A DNA stretch of 64,000 bases from the NCBI GenBank assembly GCA_964035575.1, contig OZ037842.1, forward strand, positions 1,488,001 to 1,552,000. Direction: 5' to 3'. Below, one piece after another: positions 33,301 through 44,280 of the stretch; positions within the stretch are counted from its first letter, which is position 1; every line of letters starts with the position of its first letter. The translations under genes and the position numbers were made by a program. Source of the DNA: Rhynchopus sp. YZ270_cl-10. Its lineage: Eukaryota. Under the pieces are notes generated by a model. The model had not been told where the DNA came from, searched no databases, and saw only the letters and a program-made list of their open reading frames with translations.

Positions 33301-33982
33301 TGTGATGTACATGTTTGTCGTTGATGGAAGCGCTTCGAAGCAGGTGACCCTCTCAGTTTCCGACGCTGGAGATATCTCGTTGAGTGGCCAGGATACCTCT
33401 AAGCCGTACACAAATATTGTGAGTCGTGATGTCTTTCATGCCGCTGACGGCGGGTTTAATTCGCTTCTGTACGACGAAGAAATGGATGTCTTCCGGGTCA
33501 CCCCATTCACATATGAACCACCTGATCCCACAGACGCACCTACCACACTACCACCCACCCAAGCAAGCACAGCACACCCGACAACACCACCACACCCGCC
33601 TACAGCAACGCCTACTCACAATGGTGTTACCGTTGCGCCTACCGTTCCAAACAGACCAACGTCAGTGCCATCAACGGCAGTAACCGGATTACCACAAAGT
33701 GCCCCATTCACAACTCCAAAGCCTGACAACACTCCAGTGCCTACCGAAGAAGAGGAAGACACTGATGCCAACAAACACTCCGGCCTTCCCGCGTCCACCG
33801 TGATTGTTGTGGTAGTGCCCTCCCTGCTGGGTACACTCTGTCTTTTATTGGTGGGCACCTGGGTCTTCCTGCACTTCCGTAGATGGGAAGAAGATGACGC
33901 CAGCGACGGAGTTGGTTTTCTCGAGCACGTCGTGCAAATGGACGACCTGCAACTAGGGGAAAGCTTATACACTCCGGTCTAG
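27395..33982 (+). CDS. Large type I membrane/surface protein of unknown family (2195 aa)
   Basis: Uninterrupted 6.6-kb ORF. Signal peptide MKLCWFIVLCAVGGWG, Cys-rich N-terminus, P/T-rich stalk, one TM (VIVVVVPSLLGTLCLLLVGTWVFL), short acidic tail ending YTPV. Confidence 0.9.
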   Translation: MKLCWFIVLCAVGGWGAVSPGSLPAPVFPAEEIVLNRTAVCSFCWSKHNSACVVGISAENIDPFPYSNSVVNAYICAYSGTDTMPSQNISFLFDPTEDSCSEIPHSYFCPVGVLKNACSSCILREQSKGGAAPCIDVDSYVRTKENYCLESSIYECEDYVLGGGIAGLWCGAQFYVDFEFADLRGTNLIESVRAQIAGSETEFPSLPFTMPEERRFPFISDAELEFIDDACTATINYDPQEIVPLYGQMVPDFIGDERGYCLNIVSFPGLSVVPSGEGLLACSARVGFSIWCPDYRMFTLYTLGVGMRSPSSFPLEIEFGNRGEYEEWFDEDYLLIDNGDGPGEVPELHTNDLHFIAGGSNFVAKNVYVDRSGGVFDTYPKVAYETVLASNDEGYRIGPVLPQRVAGVACSSVALIVLNMALCSTGEIFTITPLDHTSSMILSENDSNFIFSDATTKTKYQTTSLIGVLDMSEIQLDNTFCWKSRTQKVPLQTPVDDDGEDVYRWHFNDNILRQARQSSPNVKSATWRGNADTIQLVVVTRDNCVVAYDVEIDGGSLQQERHIVHSGAIRGEVVGLSKTERFVYAYNKTCVWRYLAYGEHYPVLQQNYLTFFAVGPAGDPKPPALTMTHPNKRPLSGNVFTVPILHIQKIFPIARDDASDTADIYMVVKRFGLPALCTGCPTEEYTVLSEVMMRTETDVIFRVGQRKLNFSFADTDLSSATPIVDICVSEHNVLKLESRPLSGGGTFEGVVAQEKETVLIMALDNALKAFKLRDGTTPVLFAKLYFPGGVTPVSVSLASEVIGNLHYQKIFVGLHDGFLVYLRTLHELESNDSPDFTGSYIFVGGTLTKVPFVEFYNDFDDYETKNFTGHGSSPWEGSMVIDQDQYAPGYGTKNTDAMPYLSATPHDFIGGAVFTGTTNVIAYFSNGVVTIFNTKINLSVKTIALRTGNGVAVVWMRFLSSTRLIVCSLCTHGACPVDDSLAAVVHIDFPYSNPSVDGVMLSDDDKRTHSVFTAANGLSQAFNEVDGCQFCSDLLALWSMDPYDGPLLYLYDLRTLDFLPFPSESGIGLPLPTDAIRKEGGGVFMGPFLVIMGSTQLYVYNVSNVEYPHNLYSSFNVPSAEELTTMDANDVAARQKDLMRLDENYAIEYPFSTAEFIPTGIWMKRVQNFWMGQNLSNSYDAVIVRSTAVSRDCVENCDMLQVFRMEHVDSRLFDNPVGSLRYSSAINAHPHFAENYQRGIYLPLHVPTLHGVEEYFIDMTVVNATLKLTPIRVMSREVVSGGTFSSMTTVSFDYYANRMLTVGFTGTGFQRFDKSYLLWDAAHNGLSDGVIGEYKISESRCSFTDSNNNARMEALHLEMQNLEGQVPVNFQEGGAWNWAFTAPYCGKAPRKVEQTLFLQGGGTDDVLEFNLLLYSEGGRIAFLDADVFLPGLTQQRHAQDELHEVARLSYSNGARRLCGTCSSGGAVASRDDALSLAFGVIELNNLYSFSYQRQEAMFDNIAVENDKKRRAGMEDDVILVERPAVNRRFNNEMTNTFEWFQVIHKTNAQETLPTRGKLLVASTGFHLYLFDIRKVNQMWQAYSSTIQSYQRTLMQDPEMSAILQQLNLTEPPALSDFFKTKGLFERFQSLYEGFDAEQNKFLNHPPILQPVASAKLPKLHLAEAHELQYLHLVQIKRDLVFHHALTNDGDSSYTLYATWGPQMSVFPGAYRELNSYHRVSEALLEGAAKNLYIYKISFGNEITQLRAVPLMNVTYYQGAFYKSKVLIVLSSRPVESVGGGGMEGCANAQSEAAQENLYSLNFFTVFSQKVGFQGQLPIEQAKIFPFLAVHTALIEAGDEGASPLDDILSLDVYEQNYYYTVNFSKVLSVAVHKTHLFVHFQMMLIPSLKDAAGSQMLLPPRNCVMESIQLFKIHYDFKSHTLGEPSKTPTLTYLMRGDITRRIFDYPMSADNGKRIGADMKFKSRTKSNVMYMFVVDGSASKQVTLSVSDAGDISLSGQDTSKPYTNIVSRDVFHAADGGFNSLLYDEEMDVFRVTPFTYEPPDPTDAPTTLPPTQASTAHPTTPPHPPTATPTHNGVTVAPTVPNRPTSVPSTAVTGLPQSAPFTTPKPDNTPVPTEEEEDTDANKHSGLPASTVIVVVVPSLLGTLCLLLVGTWVFLHFRRWEEDDASDGVGFLEHVVQMDDLQLGESLYTPV

Positions 33983-36595
33983 AGGGGATAGGGAGGGAAC
34001 GTATTGGGGGGTAGCGAGGGGTGGGGGGTTTTTTTGCGAAGATTTTTTTTGGGTGGCTTAGCATAAGGTTCATTCTTCAGCTTTCCTGTTTTATTTGAGA
34101 TTTGGTACATTTTGTTTTTCAAAGTTTCCTTTTTTTTTTTTTTGTGGTGTGCAATGTAGTCAGAGAAGTGCCCGCGCTGGGTTGTTCTACTGTACGTTTT
34201 GTATTTTTTTGTTTACGACAGATATCTGCACTCTCTCTTCCCTTCCTTACTCTTGAAACGTGTCCTCAAAGCAATGCACTTCTTCTCTCTCGTTTTCCCC
34301 ATTTAGTTTTTTTTTGTGTCAACAGCCGAACCGTTGTTCAAAGCTGCGTTTGTTTCTTTTATATAAAATGGTATTCCTGTTACCTCTTGGACGAAGTAAG
34401 AGTACACTGTGTTCCTGTTTCCTCTTTCCCGAATGGACTGTTGAAGGGACGGAAACTTTTTAAGCACGAGTGGCTTGGGTTCATCTTACAAATTTTCCTT
34501 CTTCCTTCTTAATCGGGTTTGTCCCGAACGGACGGACGGAAGGGGAACACTTTGAGGTGCCTTAGTGTGGTATTCCTTTTGCACCTAAACCAACAAACGT
34601 CTGAGGATAATTCTGACCATTTGGTGGTCATGAGCACATTAGATGCACCTCTGGAAATAGAAGGAAAACAAAAAAAACGAATTTATACATAAAGCCCGAC
34701 AGTTTCAAAATGAAAGCCACCTCTACATACATGGTGTTTAGTGTCCACGTGGTGCCCTGAGGTGCCACGTTCTTTATTTGGGTTGCTGGGGGGTGGGGGA
34801 GGGGAGGGTAAACGTCGGGATCGTGGAGTTGCCATCCGCAAGATCTGCGTTCACATTATTTTTGAGAAAGGTGACTGACTCAGTCTGAGCTGAACGAAAA
34901 ACTTTTGTTTTTCAGCTTTTTTTTTTTTTTCAGTTATGTTCTGTGCTTGGGGTAGTTGGGCGGGGTTTGTACATTTAAAAAAACAACGAATACTCGCAAG
35001 ATTTGACTACAGTCCCCCAAATATTCAGAAAAAGAAAAACGAACACTGCGAATCCCCGAAAAAAAAAATGGGAGGAAAAAAAAGAACAAAAAATGCAGAA
35101 CACACCTTAAGGCGTGTATTGTTGTACTGCGGCGTGTTTCTCTGTGTTGTGTGGCTCTCACATGAAAGCCTGCTGATGAAGGGAGCAATGTGGTTGGGTT
35201 TTTGGATTTCGATCAAAATGATTCTGAAGAATTCAGGTTCCCTCTTTCCCCCCCTTTTTTTTTTCTTTGTGTGGCGGTACATGCTGTACATGCTGTACAC
35301 CCTTCGCGAATCTTTGTTTGGTGAATAAACATTAAGGCGAAGGATCATTTTATAAGTCTTTCTTTGTTGTGTGGCTTTGATAGGGAAGCCTCAGGGCATG
35401 TGGTCAAGTGCCCGCAGTTGTCGGGTTGTCGCATCCCAACCTCCCAGTGCCATTTATTTGCGCGGTTAGAAGCCGGTATTGTACATAGTAAAGGCAAGAA
35501 AAAGAGAAAAAAGAAGAAAAAAAAATCTGTACTTCATTGGTGGGCCCCGTGCCAGTGGAGTTCTCCGAACAAGTTTTCAAAAAAAAAAAAGAAAAACTGT
35601 CTCAATTGTTTACAAACAAGCCATATCCCCCCCTTTTATTTCACCATCGCTACCAGTTGTGTCAACTTGGCGCTTTTCCTTTGGTACTGTTAAGTTATCA
35701 TAATTCGAAACTGCTTCGGCGATTTTTTTTTTGGCCTTCATGTTAGGCGGTATTGTGTTAAAACGTGTCTTATGTTTTGGTTTGGTTTCACATTTTCAAG
35801 AGCGTTTGAGTGTGAAGCAACAAACGCAAGAAAGGATGTAAGGTGCATATTTTTGTGGATGTGTGCGCACGACACGCTTGGAGCAACAACGAAAAAAGCA
35901 CCCCTTTTTTTCTTTGTGTTCTTGACCACCTATCGTCTTTTCCGTCGATGAGATAAGAAAACCCCAGACGAAGAAAGCCAACCATGTCTGAATTTTTTTT
36001 TTCTCTTTTGGCTGCTTTCACCTTGCGCCAACTATATATACCAACACCTTCCACGTCGTGCTCAACAACGAAAATAATATTTTTTTTCTGTCGTCTTTCC
36101 CGAAATCTGCTGTAGCGATCAGTGGTATAGTGGTTATTTTATGTCTCAGGAGGGGGGTTGTTTTTAGATTGCGCACAGAGAAAGACACATTCATCTTTTA
36201 TCTTTTTTTTTTAGGGGGGCTCCGAGAGGCTCAGTGTCACCTTCCTTTTCTCGTTCTGATCTGTGATCATGGTGACTGAGTACGAGGGGCTAGGTTCGTC
36301 TGATGAGTTTTTCTTTCTTTGCGCTAATGTCGAACTGTGCCATGATTTTCCTTAGGGTCTCCGCTATGTTCCCACGGCAACTGTCGTACAAAACCATAGC
36401 CGGCCGTTTAGGCTGGGTTATAAAGAGGTTGCGTGGCTTGTGAACCGCCTCCGTTTCTCTTACGGTACGGAACACTCACGTCCCCCACCCTTTGCGTGAG
36501 CACGACCAAGGCTGCGTTTTAGGATGTTTTAACTCTTTCTTTTGCAAGAAAGTAGGTATTTTTGATTTTCTGTATAATCCCTGGGAGTTTTTCAT

Positions 36596-37571
36596 CAGTC
36601 CTATTCGTGGTCATTTACCCCCCCCCCCCCCCTAAATTTACCCCCCCCCCTTATTTTACCCCCTTTTTCAGAAAAAAACGGTTCAGGCCAAAATAACATG
36701 GTAATTTACCCCCCCCCCTTATAATACCCTGTTGTGGCTGGTACTTTACCCCCCTGGGGGGGTAAAGTACCAGCCACCAGGCAAATTTTGGGTAATTATC
36801 ACCGCGACACGCCAGGTGGTGTTTTGTCACGAGTGATCTTAACCCGCGAGCGAAGCGAGGGGGTTCAGGGAACGAGTGGCAAAACACCACCTGGCGTGTA
36901 ATTATGGGGTGATAGTTTCACATAATGCAGCGCATACCTGTTTTGTTTTATGGTTTGCTGGGAGGGGCTGATGTGTTCAGCGGGTCGTACATCCGGAGAC
37001 TGTAGGACTCGTCTGATTTGAAGCTGGAGACAAGCTCGAAATGAGGAAAGGGGTAAAGTGCAAAGAATCCTTCACCCTGTTTTGCATCGCGTGTGCAGGT
37101 AGATGGGTGCAGGGTACGTTTGTGCTGCGTGGGCGATACGTTTGGGACACCTCACAGAATCTGAGGCAACATCGTCATCCCTCGTCATCCCTGACCAGTC
37201 ATGGTACAGGCACGGGCAGAAAGATGATGTGGATGATGTGGATGATGTGGATGATGTGGATGATGTGGATCCATGATTCATGACTGCTTGCGATGTCGCA
37301 AGGAGGCGAGGAATTTTTTTCAGACGATACATTTGTCATGAGAGCATGTGTTGTCACACTGTGTTGTGCAAAATTTTACCCCACCGTGTATGAAAAAGTC
37401 CCCCCTTCCCACCCAAAAACGTGACCAAACCCATAACATGGTAATTTACCCCCCCCCCCCCCCCTTACCCCCTCATTTACCCCCCCCCCCCCTTATTTTA
37501 CCCCCCTATTTCCAAAATTTCCGGTTCACCGACCCAAAGGGGGGGGGGGTAAATGACCACGAATAGGACTG
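36596..37571. mobile_element. Non-autonomous DNA transposon with CAGTC termini and poly-C subterminal motifs
   Basis: TIR CAGTCCTATTCGTGGTCATTTACCCCCCCC / GGGGGGGGTAAATGACCACGAATAGGACTG, flanked by AT. Repeated TTTACCCCCC motifs. Internal (GATGATGTG)5 at 37222-37270. Confidence 0.85.
36795..36916. repeat. Palindromic element inside the 36596-37571 transposon
   Basis: ACACGCCAGGTGGTGTTTTGTCAC / GTGGCAAAACACCACCTGGCGTGT (23/24), outer TATCACC/GGTGATA, central GCGAGCGAAGCGAG. Confidence 0.8.
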
Positions 37572-39806
37572 ATCTTTTTTTTTGGTGGAACTTCAAGCTT
37601 TTATCTCTCTTTTTGCTTGAGCGGCTGGTCCCTTTAACGAAAAGAAACATTTAATGGCTTGGCTTGTATTTTGTGCAGCCCTTTTTTGAAGCATTTTTGC
37701 ACATTTAAGTTGAGAAGGTAACTACGAACAGCGAGGCTCGGGTTCATATTACCAACTGTTTCCCCCGCGAAATCGTTTTGTCCTGAATTGTCATTGAACC
37801 TAATTTTGCTTCCGGATGACTAAGCGTGAAAGTCTCAGACTCATCTTACAAACGTTTCATTTTTGCTTTTTTGTTGAGATGACGTGTACACAGAGGTATC
37901 TTCGTCTTTTTCAAAAGCTTTTTTTTTTCCTTTTTTTCTTCCTGAATGCGACCGTCTGTTGTCTTGGTTATTTTCTTTGCGGGGTTTGTTACCCACTTCA
38001 GTTTTATTCTCCCTTTTTCGTTCTGGTTTTGCACTTTGAGGGGGGGTTTTTTTTTGGTATACTGTCACGAGAGGGCTTTGTCAACTTTTGTTTGAACGAG
38101 AATAATAGTAATGAAGAGTTGTGAATTGAAATGAAAATTTTGTATTTTCCGATACCCCGGGACACACCATAATCCCCCTTTTTTTTTCCACTCCCATGCG
38201 CAACACTCCGGGGTTCGATAACCCGCGGAGTGTCAGTGCCTGCGTCCCAGAGGCGTTTTGCACTATCAACTTCACTTTTTTTTCCGATCAATATTTCGTG
38301 TTGGGCAGTATGGAGAGAGGGATCAAAAGCTCCGACTAGTTTAAAGGCTCGTAGACAAAAAGCGGTACTTAAGAGTCCTCTTGCCGACTTTCGACTAAGA
38401 TCTGTGTGTGTAAAGCATTCACCTTTTCAAAATTATCTTTGCTTCATTGTTTTTTTTTTTCTAAGCAAGGCTTAGATCCATCTTTACCAACTTTTTTCTT
38501 TTCTTTTTTTTCCATCCCAGAGAAAAGTGTTTCCCCTCCCCCATGCCTTCATCCACTTAGAGAGTGTATCTGAGACTGTGTCTGCACTTTCAACACTTTC
38601 ACTTTTTTATTAAAGAGAGATAACAACTGAAAACCTCTTCAGTTACATTTTTTTTTTTTTGAAATAATTTGGGTGTTTTCGGGGCTCCTATTTTGCTTCC
38701 CTATTTTGATTTTTTTTTTGGGGTGACTGAGCAGAGAGATGGCATCTTCTTGACCAATCTTTTTCTCTTTTGATTTTAGATTTTTTTTTTCTAACAAGGC
38801 ACGTTTCTTGTCTTCTTACGCACACTACTTTGTGAGCAGAAAGTATCATGTCGTTCACTCACCCAACCGTGCTTCGCAACACCACCACCCAACAGATGGG
38901 AGATAGTGTGTGTGGAAGCGTCAACGCATCAAACAACAAGAAGGGGTGAGGGAACGACGAAGTGACACTTTTTTGTTTCAAAGATGCACATACACTGTCC
39001 TTGTGGACAGACCACCTCGTAAGATTTTCTTTTGTTTGTTTTGGTTGGGACCGAATTTGGTTTTGTTTCTGTCATGTTTTATTCCTTTTCGCCATGTGGT
39101 ATGGTTTTGGGGTTTTCCTCTTTTTGTTTTTTCTTTTTGATTTTACCCTGCAATTCGACACGTACCAAAAAAACCCCCTCATTCCCGAGGGGGGAAACAG
39201 CTTTTTCCGTAAAAAGGCAAATTACCTCCCACCTCCTATTCTTGCAGAAAACCCCTCCGCAAAAAAAAAAAAAATGAAAGTTTGCCAGCGGGACATTGAA
39301 CCTGGCCGCGGTGATAGTGACAACACAAAGAAGATGAAAAAAAAAAAAAAAAAATACTCCCCCGATTTTGCTTTGATGTATTACCCTTTTTTTCTGCACT
39401 TCACTGATAAGCTTTTCTTGATTACTCACAGTTCATGATCATTGCTCGAACAGTAAATTCTGCGCTCAACTCCCGCAAAATTCCGGGAAAAATTCGTCCA
39501 GCCAATACAAGATGTAATTCCCAATCATTGTCTAACCAGACACATTTCTCTTACCAAAATCTTGGTCATCGCGTAGCCACCTGAGGATGTTTTTTTTCCT
39601 TTAATTCCTTCCCCACTCACAGCTCCACTCACCTAAAAACAAATACCAATACAGGGGACAAATTCACTCCCCTCCCTCAATACCCCCATCTTTGTTAAGG
39701 TGGCCAAACACGGACTTCCCTTCATCCTTTATTAACTTTTCTCTTTTTAAAAAGAAGATTTGTTAGAGCAACTCTTTTTACCCCCCTCTAAATTCCTGGG
39801 AAAAAA

Positions 39807-40679
39807 ATGGATGTCTTTTTTATTGCTTTAATGTGCAGTATTGTGTTGATCGCTGGGGTTTTGGGGTGTTGTTTGTTTTACCATTTAGTTTATGTTCATA
39901 AGATGGCGAAGGTTGCAGTGGCCACGGATAATAGCGAGATGTCTGTCGCACGGATGAAGGCAATTCTTGCGAAAATTCCGAAAGAACGCAAACGCAAACG
40001 GCCTAAGGCAGAAGAGAACCCTCTTCTCGACAACACTACCTCTTCACCGCCAGAGAACGACATCGAAAGCAACACACCACTCGATTCCACATACAACCAT
40101 ATGACCCTTCCACCACTTCCCCCTAGCGGCTCTCCATCCACCTCTCGCTACGTTCCCGTCGAAGCAGACACCCCAGACTTAGACATCACCGTAAAAGGAT
40201 CCTATTTCGACAAAGAACCTGACAACAAAACAGAAAACAAAACACCAATATTAGGTCCACGCAAAGCAAGCTTCGGGAAAGGGATGGGGAGCCGGCAGAA
40301 TTCTATTTTGAAGCGAGGGACAGATGGGATGCAAAGGAGCAACTCTGTTTATTCGAATATGTCTGCGGTGTGCTCCCCTGGGGTTCCTGCCAGCCGCGGT
40401 GGGACGCCGTCCCCTACACCTGGCGCCCCTTCTGTCTACCGTTCGGGATCGCCTACGTACCGTACTGTGTCACCCAAACCCACCCCACCACCACAACGAT
40501 CGCGAGGCGGCAGTGTCAGTATCACCCCACCACGGCGTTACTCCGTTGCGAAGGAAATCGACCCTCTAGACGAGGCCGTGCTCAACTCAACAGTGACAGG
40601 AGCAGGCAACGGTACACCCTCTGGATACCGGATTGCAGCGCCAGTGGCGTCACCGCAATTTGTAGATTTGGATTTTTGA
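39807..40679 (+). CDS. Single-pass membrane protein with S/P-rich cytoplasmic region (290 aa)
   Basis: N-terminal hydrophobic anchor (FFIALMCSIVLIAGVLGCCLFY) followed by basic residues; coding-like composition. No recognisable domain. Confidence 0.75.
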   Translation: MDVFFIALMCSIVLIAGVLGCCLFYHLVYVHKMAKVAVATDNSEMSVARMKAILAKIPKERKRKRPKAEENPLLDNTTSSPPENDIESNTPLDSTYNHMTLPPLPPSGSPSTSRYVPVEADTPDLDITVKGSYFDKEPDNKTENKTPILGPRKASFGKGMGSRQNSILKRGTDGMQRSNSVYSNMSAVCSPGVPASRGGTPSPTPGAPSVYRSGSPTYRTVSPKPTPPPQRSRGGSVSITPPRRYSVAKEIDPLDEAVLNSTVTGAGNGTPSGYRIAAPVASPQFVDLDF

Positions 40680-41202
40680 AAGGGGAAGAAGAAGAAATTG
40701 TCGAAAAAATTGTCGACATATTTAAAAAAGAATCAGAATGAAACTAGGGGAAAACAAAAACAATCAGGTAAGGTCATCATGTAAGGTGTGCTGTCTTGAA
40801 GATATCATTTTGCCCTTTATTTGGGGGTGCTTTTGAGTCCCACGTTGGGGACCCACCTCTGTGGGGTGACTGTCAATGAGGCAAGAAACAAACTCATACG
40901 TTATTTGGTGTGGATGGTGTGAGCCTCAGGGCTCTAGCGGGTTCAGAAGGGTGCGCGCAGTCACTCTCTGCAAGCCCTTCTGCAGAAAGAAAACGAACCA
41001 AATTATGATGTATTTTTGGAAGACATGTGTGCAAGAGAGGCACATTCCTCTTTCAAGTTTTCTTCTTTTTTTATTTGTGCGTGCTTTGCGAAATTCTGTT
41101 CTATCTACCCTGGCTTTTTTTTTCTCTCGGGAACGGGATTTTTTTCACCCCTGCGTCTGTTGTGCAGAAGGCTTTTTCTCTGTTTTCCCAACCTTCCTTC
41201 AC

Positions 41203-41535
41203 CCCTAGGGTCATCCAGGGTGATTTATACGACACCTGTCAGCGTGACATATCATATACCAGGGTAAAAATGATGACATGTGCACATGTCATTATGACAT
41301 GTAAATGACATCTGATACGTGTCGTTCTCTGTACAGAACACACTTTTCTAAAGTGTATTGAAGCTCACCTATTCCCGAGGAGAGGGCCTAGGGGGGTTGG
41401 AACAACAAACCATGGAAAAGTGTGCGCTCTGTACAGAATGACACGTACCACGTGTCATTATGACATGTAAATGACATGTCACTTTGCATGTCATTCTGAC
41501 ATGAGGCGTCGTGTAGTATTGAAATCGATGTAGGG
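41203..41535. mobile_element. Probable foldback MITE with ATGACA/TGTCAT repeats
   Basis: CCCTA..TAGGG ends. Imperfect inverted arms (41316-41348 vs 41415-41447; 41228-41250 vs 41488-41513). Direct repeat TGTCATTATGACATGTAAATGACAT x2. No clear TSD. Confidence 0.5.
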
Positions 41536-41949
41536 GGTAAGGGTCAATATTAACCCCGGATTTTGGGGAAATTTTAGGCCGAAAATGGGACCACCTATTA
41601 GTAACCGGGCTCATATTTTCCAAGGTTCGATAACCCGCGGAGAACTAGTGCCTGCGTCCGCCGATCAACGGCGAGGCGTTTGCACCCACCAGAAGTGTGA
41701 GTGAGAGTCACACTTGGCGTGGTGTTTGCTACAGTAGCAAGGATATGCAATTTGTTCATTGTATTATCACAAGATAACTAAGTCCTAGAGGCTTAGGTTC
41801 ATATTACCAAGTTTTTCTTCACCCCCCTTTTTTCCACTTCATTTTACTTCATTTTGAGCAGCTGGCGGCTGTGTACCTGCGCACATCTCCTGAAAACCCC
41901 AACACAGGGTTACACTTGTTTAGTCGGAACACTGCCGCTCCGTGCTGTT

Positions 41950-41981
<32 letters not shown>

Positions 41982-43324
41982 TCACTTTCCATCCAATATC
42001 CAATATTCTGTTCTTCGAGGCTTTGAGTCACTTTCCTTGACCTCCATCTGGAGAAGGTTTCTCGTACGAACCGTTTTCTTTCAATCCTGTGTGCCATTTT
42101 GCCCCTCAGCCAACGCGAGAGGCAAAAAGGATTCCTCCTGGATGATTTTATTTGTTCCTTTTAAGATGGCTATGCACATCATATTAGTCATCTTTCAACC
42201 TCTTTTTTTCTGTCTGTGGGGTGGCCACACCTATCCCCAGTGAGAGTTTCTGTAACGCTTAAAAAAAGCCTTATCTTCTTTCTTCTTTCCTTTGGATGGC
42301 TATGCAATAGACTCATCCTAGCATTTTTTTCTTTATTTCACACATTCTTTGTACACAACTACAATGTGAGCAAAGGAGGTGAATTTTTTTTTTTGATCTG
42401 TGTGTGTACGAGAGTCACATTCATTACATTTTTCTCTCTTTTTTTTTTGCGAATTCATATTTTATTTCATCCGCCTGACGCAGTGTTGTTTCTACAATAT
42501 TCCCTGGGTAAATGGCTACGTGCCTGCCCAACGTGTGATGCTCGTGAAGTGGTTCAAGTAGTTCACGGGTCTCCCATAGGTTTTGTACCACCATTTTTCA
42601 TTGCGTTCTTGAAGCCGCAATACTTTTGTGCCTCTCGCTTAGAACGAAACCTACACGCAGTGTTTGATGCTGGCCCCCGCTTTTTTCGGGTAATTTTTTT
42701 CTTTTGTCAATCAGTTAACAAAGCTCATCATGTTGTAGAAACTAAGGAAAGGGAAACACTGCTCGTCCAAAAAAAAAAAAAAAAAACCCACGATTTTCTG
42801 TTTGTTCTGTTTCGTTCGTTGAACAGCCGTCTTCAGTACGAGCTACAGTTTCTGTCTGGGCTTTTTTCAGCATTATTTTTTCAGTTGCACTTTTTATAAC
42901 AGATGTGTGTGTGTGTCTTACCCAGGCGTCTTGAACCCTTTTCCCGTCAGAGTAAAGTTCTGGTGAACGGAATCTCGAACGTCTGGTATTGTTTTGGTCT
43001 GTTTGTTTTTGTTTTACCCGAGCTGACTGGTGATAACTTTTTTTTCTCTTTTATTGTCGCTCACATTTCTTGGATATTTGTGAGCCGCAGTCGGCTACTA
43101 ATAAGAAACAAAGAATAAAAACGCCCGTCCGGTTATGTTTTCCTGCAGCTTTACTTCCCATCACCACCACCATTCGCCACTCAGGATCCACTACACACCA
43201 ACCCACCACACCTCCCACACACACGACACATTTCCTGGTTTTGTTCCAGAGAGTTGGCGGTTTTGCGACGAGAAGTATTTCATCCGTGCGTTATTTGTGT
43301 TTGTTGTCTTAGGTAGACAGGAAG

Positions 43325-44280
43325 ATGTCGGGCAGCAAGCAAAGAGGGGGTGACAAGGACAAGGTCAAGTCTTACTTCCACAAGTTCAATGCCAGCCGTG
43401 GAAGCCAAGAAGAGGAGGACAAGAAGAACAGCAATGACCCGGGGCTGATGACGCAGAACCAGCACCTCATGAAGACACCACAAATCTCCAACCAACCATC
43501 TGCGAATGGGGGGAGAAATTTTTCACCTGTGAACGCTGCTGAGTACGAACCCCTTCTGAAGCCCTCGTACCCCGAACACAAGGGCCGTGTCTGCCTTGTG
43601 CTGGACTTGGACGAAACACTGGTGCACTCCTCTTTCCGCCCGGTGCCCATGCCTGATATGATTCTTCCGATTGAGATTGACGGCCAAACCTATCGTGTGT
43701 ATGTGAAGAAGCGTCCCTTTGTGGAGGAGTTCATCCGCTTCTGCTCCACGCGGTTTGAGGTGGTTGTCTTCACTGCGTCGCTGTCAAAGTACGCAGACCC
43801 GCTTCTGGACCAGCTGGACCCTGGCAGGCAGTACCTGGGCACACACAGGCTGTTCAGAGAGCACTGCTCACACACAAACGGTGCATACGTGAAGGACCTT
43901 TCCCTTCTGGGGAGACCACTGCAGAAGATCTGCATCATCGACAACTCTCCTGTTGCGTATCTGTTCCAGTCTCAGTATGTTCAGTGCTCAACTTTTCCCC
44001 CCTTTTTTTCCTCTCTGCACTTTTGCAATTTTGTGTCACATGCATCAAAACCCACCACAGCAACGCACTGCCATGCACGTCGTGGTTCGAGGACAAGTCG
44101 GACACAGAGTTGCGTGACTTCCAACCCATGCTTGATGAGCTCTCGCGAAGCGACAATGTCTACAGTATGTCTTTTCTTCTTGCTCAAACGACCTTACTCT
44201 ACGTACGATACCATTATACTCTTTTTACAGTCCAACTAGACGAATACCACAAGCAGCTTGCGCAAAAGGCGAAGAAATGA
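43325..44280 (+). CDS. SCP/CTD small phosphatase (NIF/FCP1 HAD family) copy 1, 267 aa; join(43325..43974,44061..44164,44231..44280)
   Basis: LVLDLDETLVHSSF (DxDxT), KRPFVEEF, VFTAS..YADP, LFREHC, KDLSLLGR, IIDNSP. Two GTATGT..ACAG introns restore NALPCTSWF..DTEL. Confidence 0.93.

Noticed and set aside
42841..42855. AGCTACAGTTTCTGT resembles part of the diplonemid spliced leader as I recall it
   Set aside because: Only 15 nt, lacking both SL ends. It overlaps a small repeat also at about 46795 that continues differently. The downstream gene keeps its introns, so it is not a retrocopy. The SL sequence is from memory.
41849..42899. F/L-rich ORFs such as 42216..42899 (227 aa)
   Set aside because: Products of T-rich intergenic DNA with no domain or coding-like codon use.
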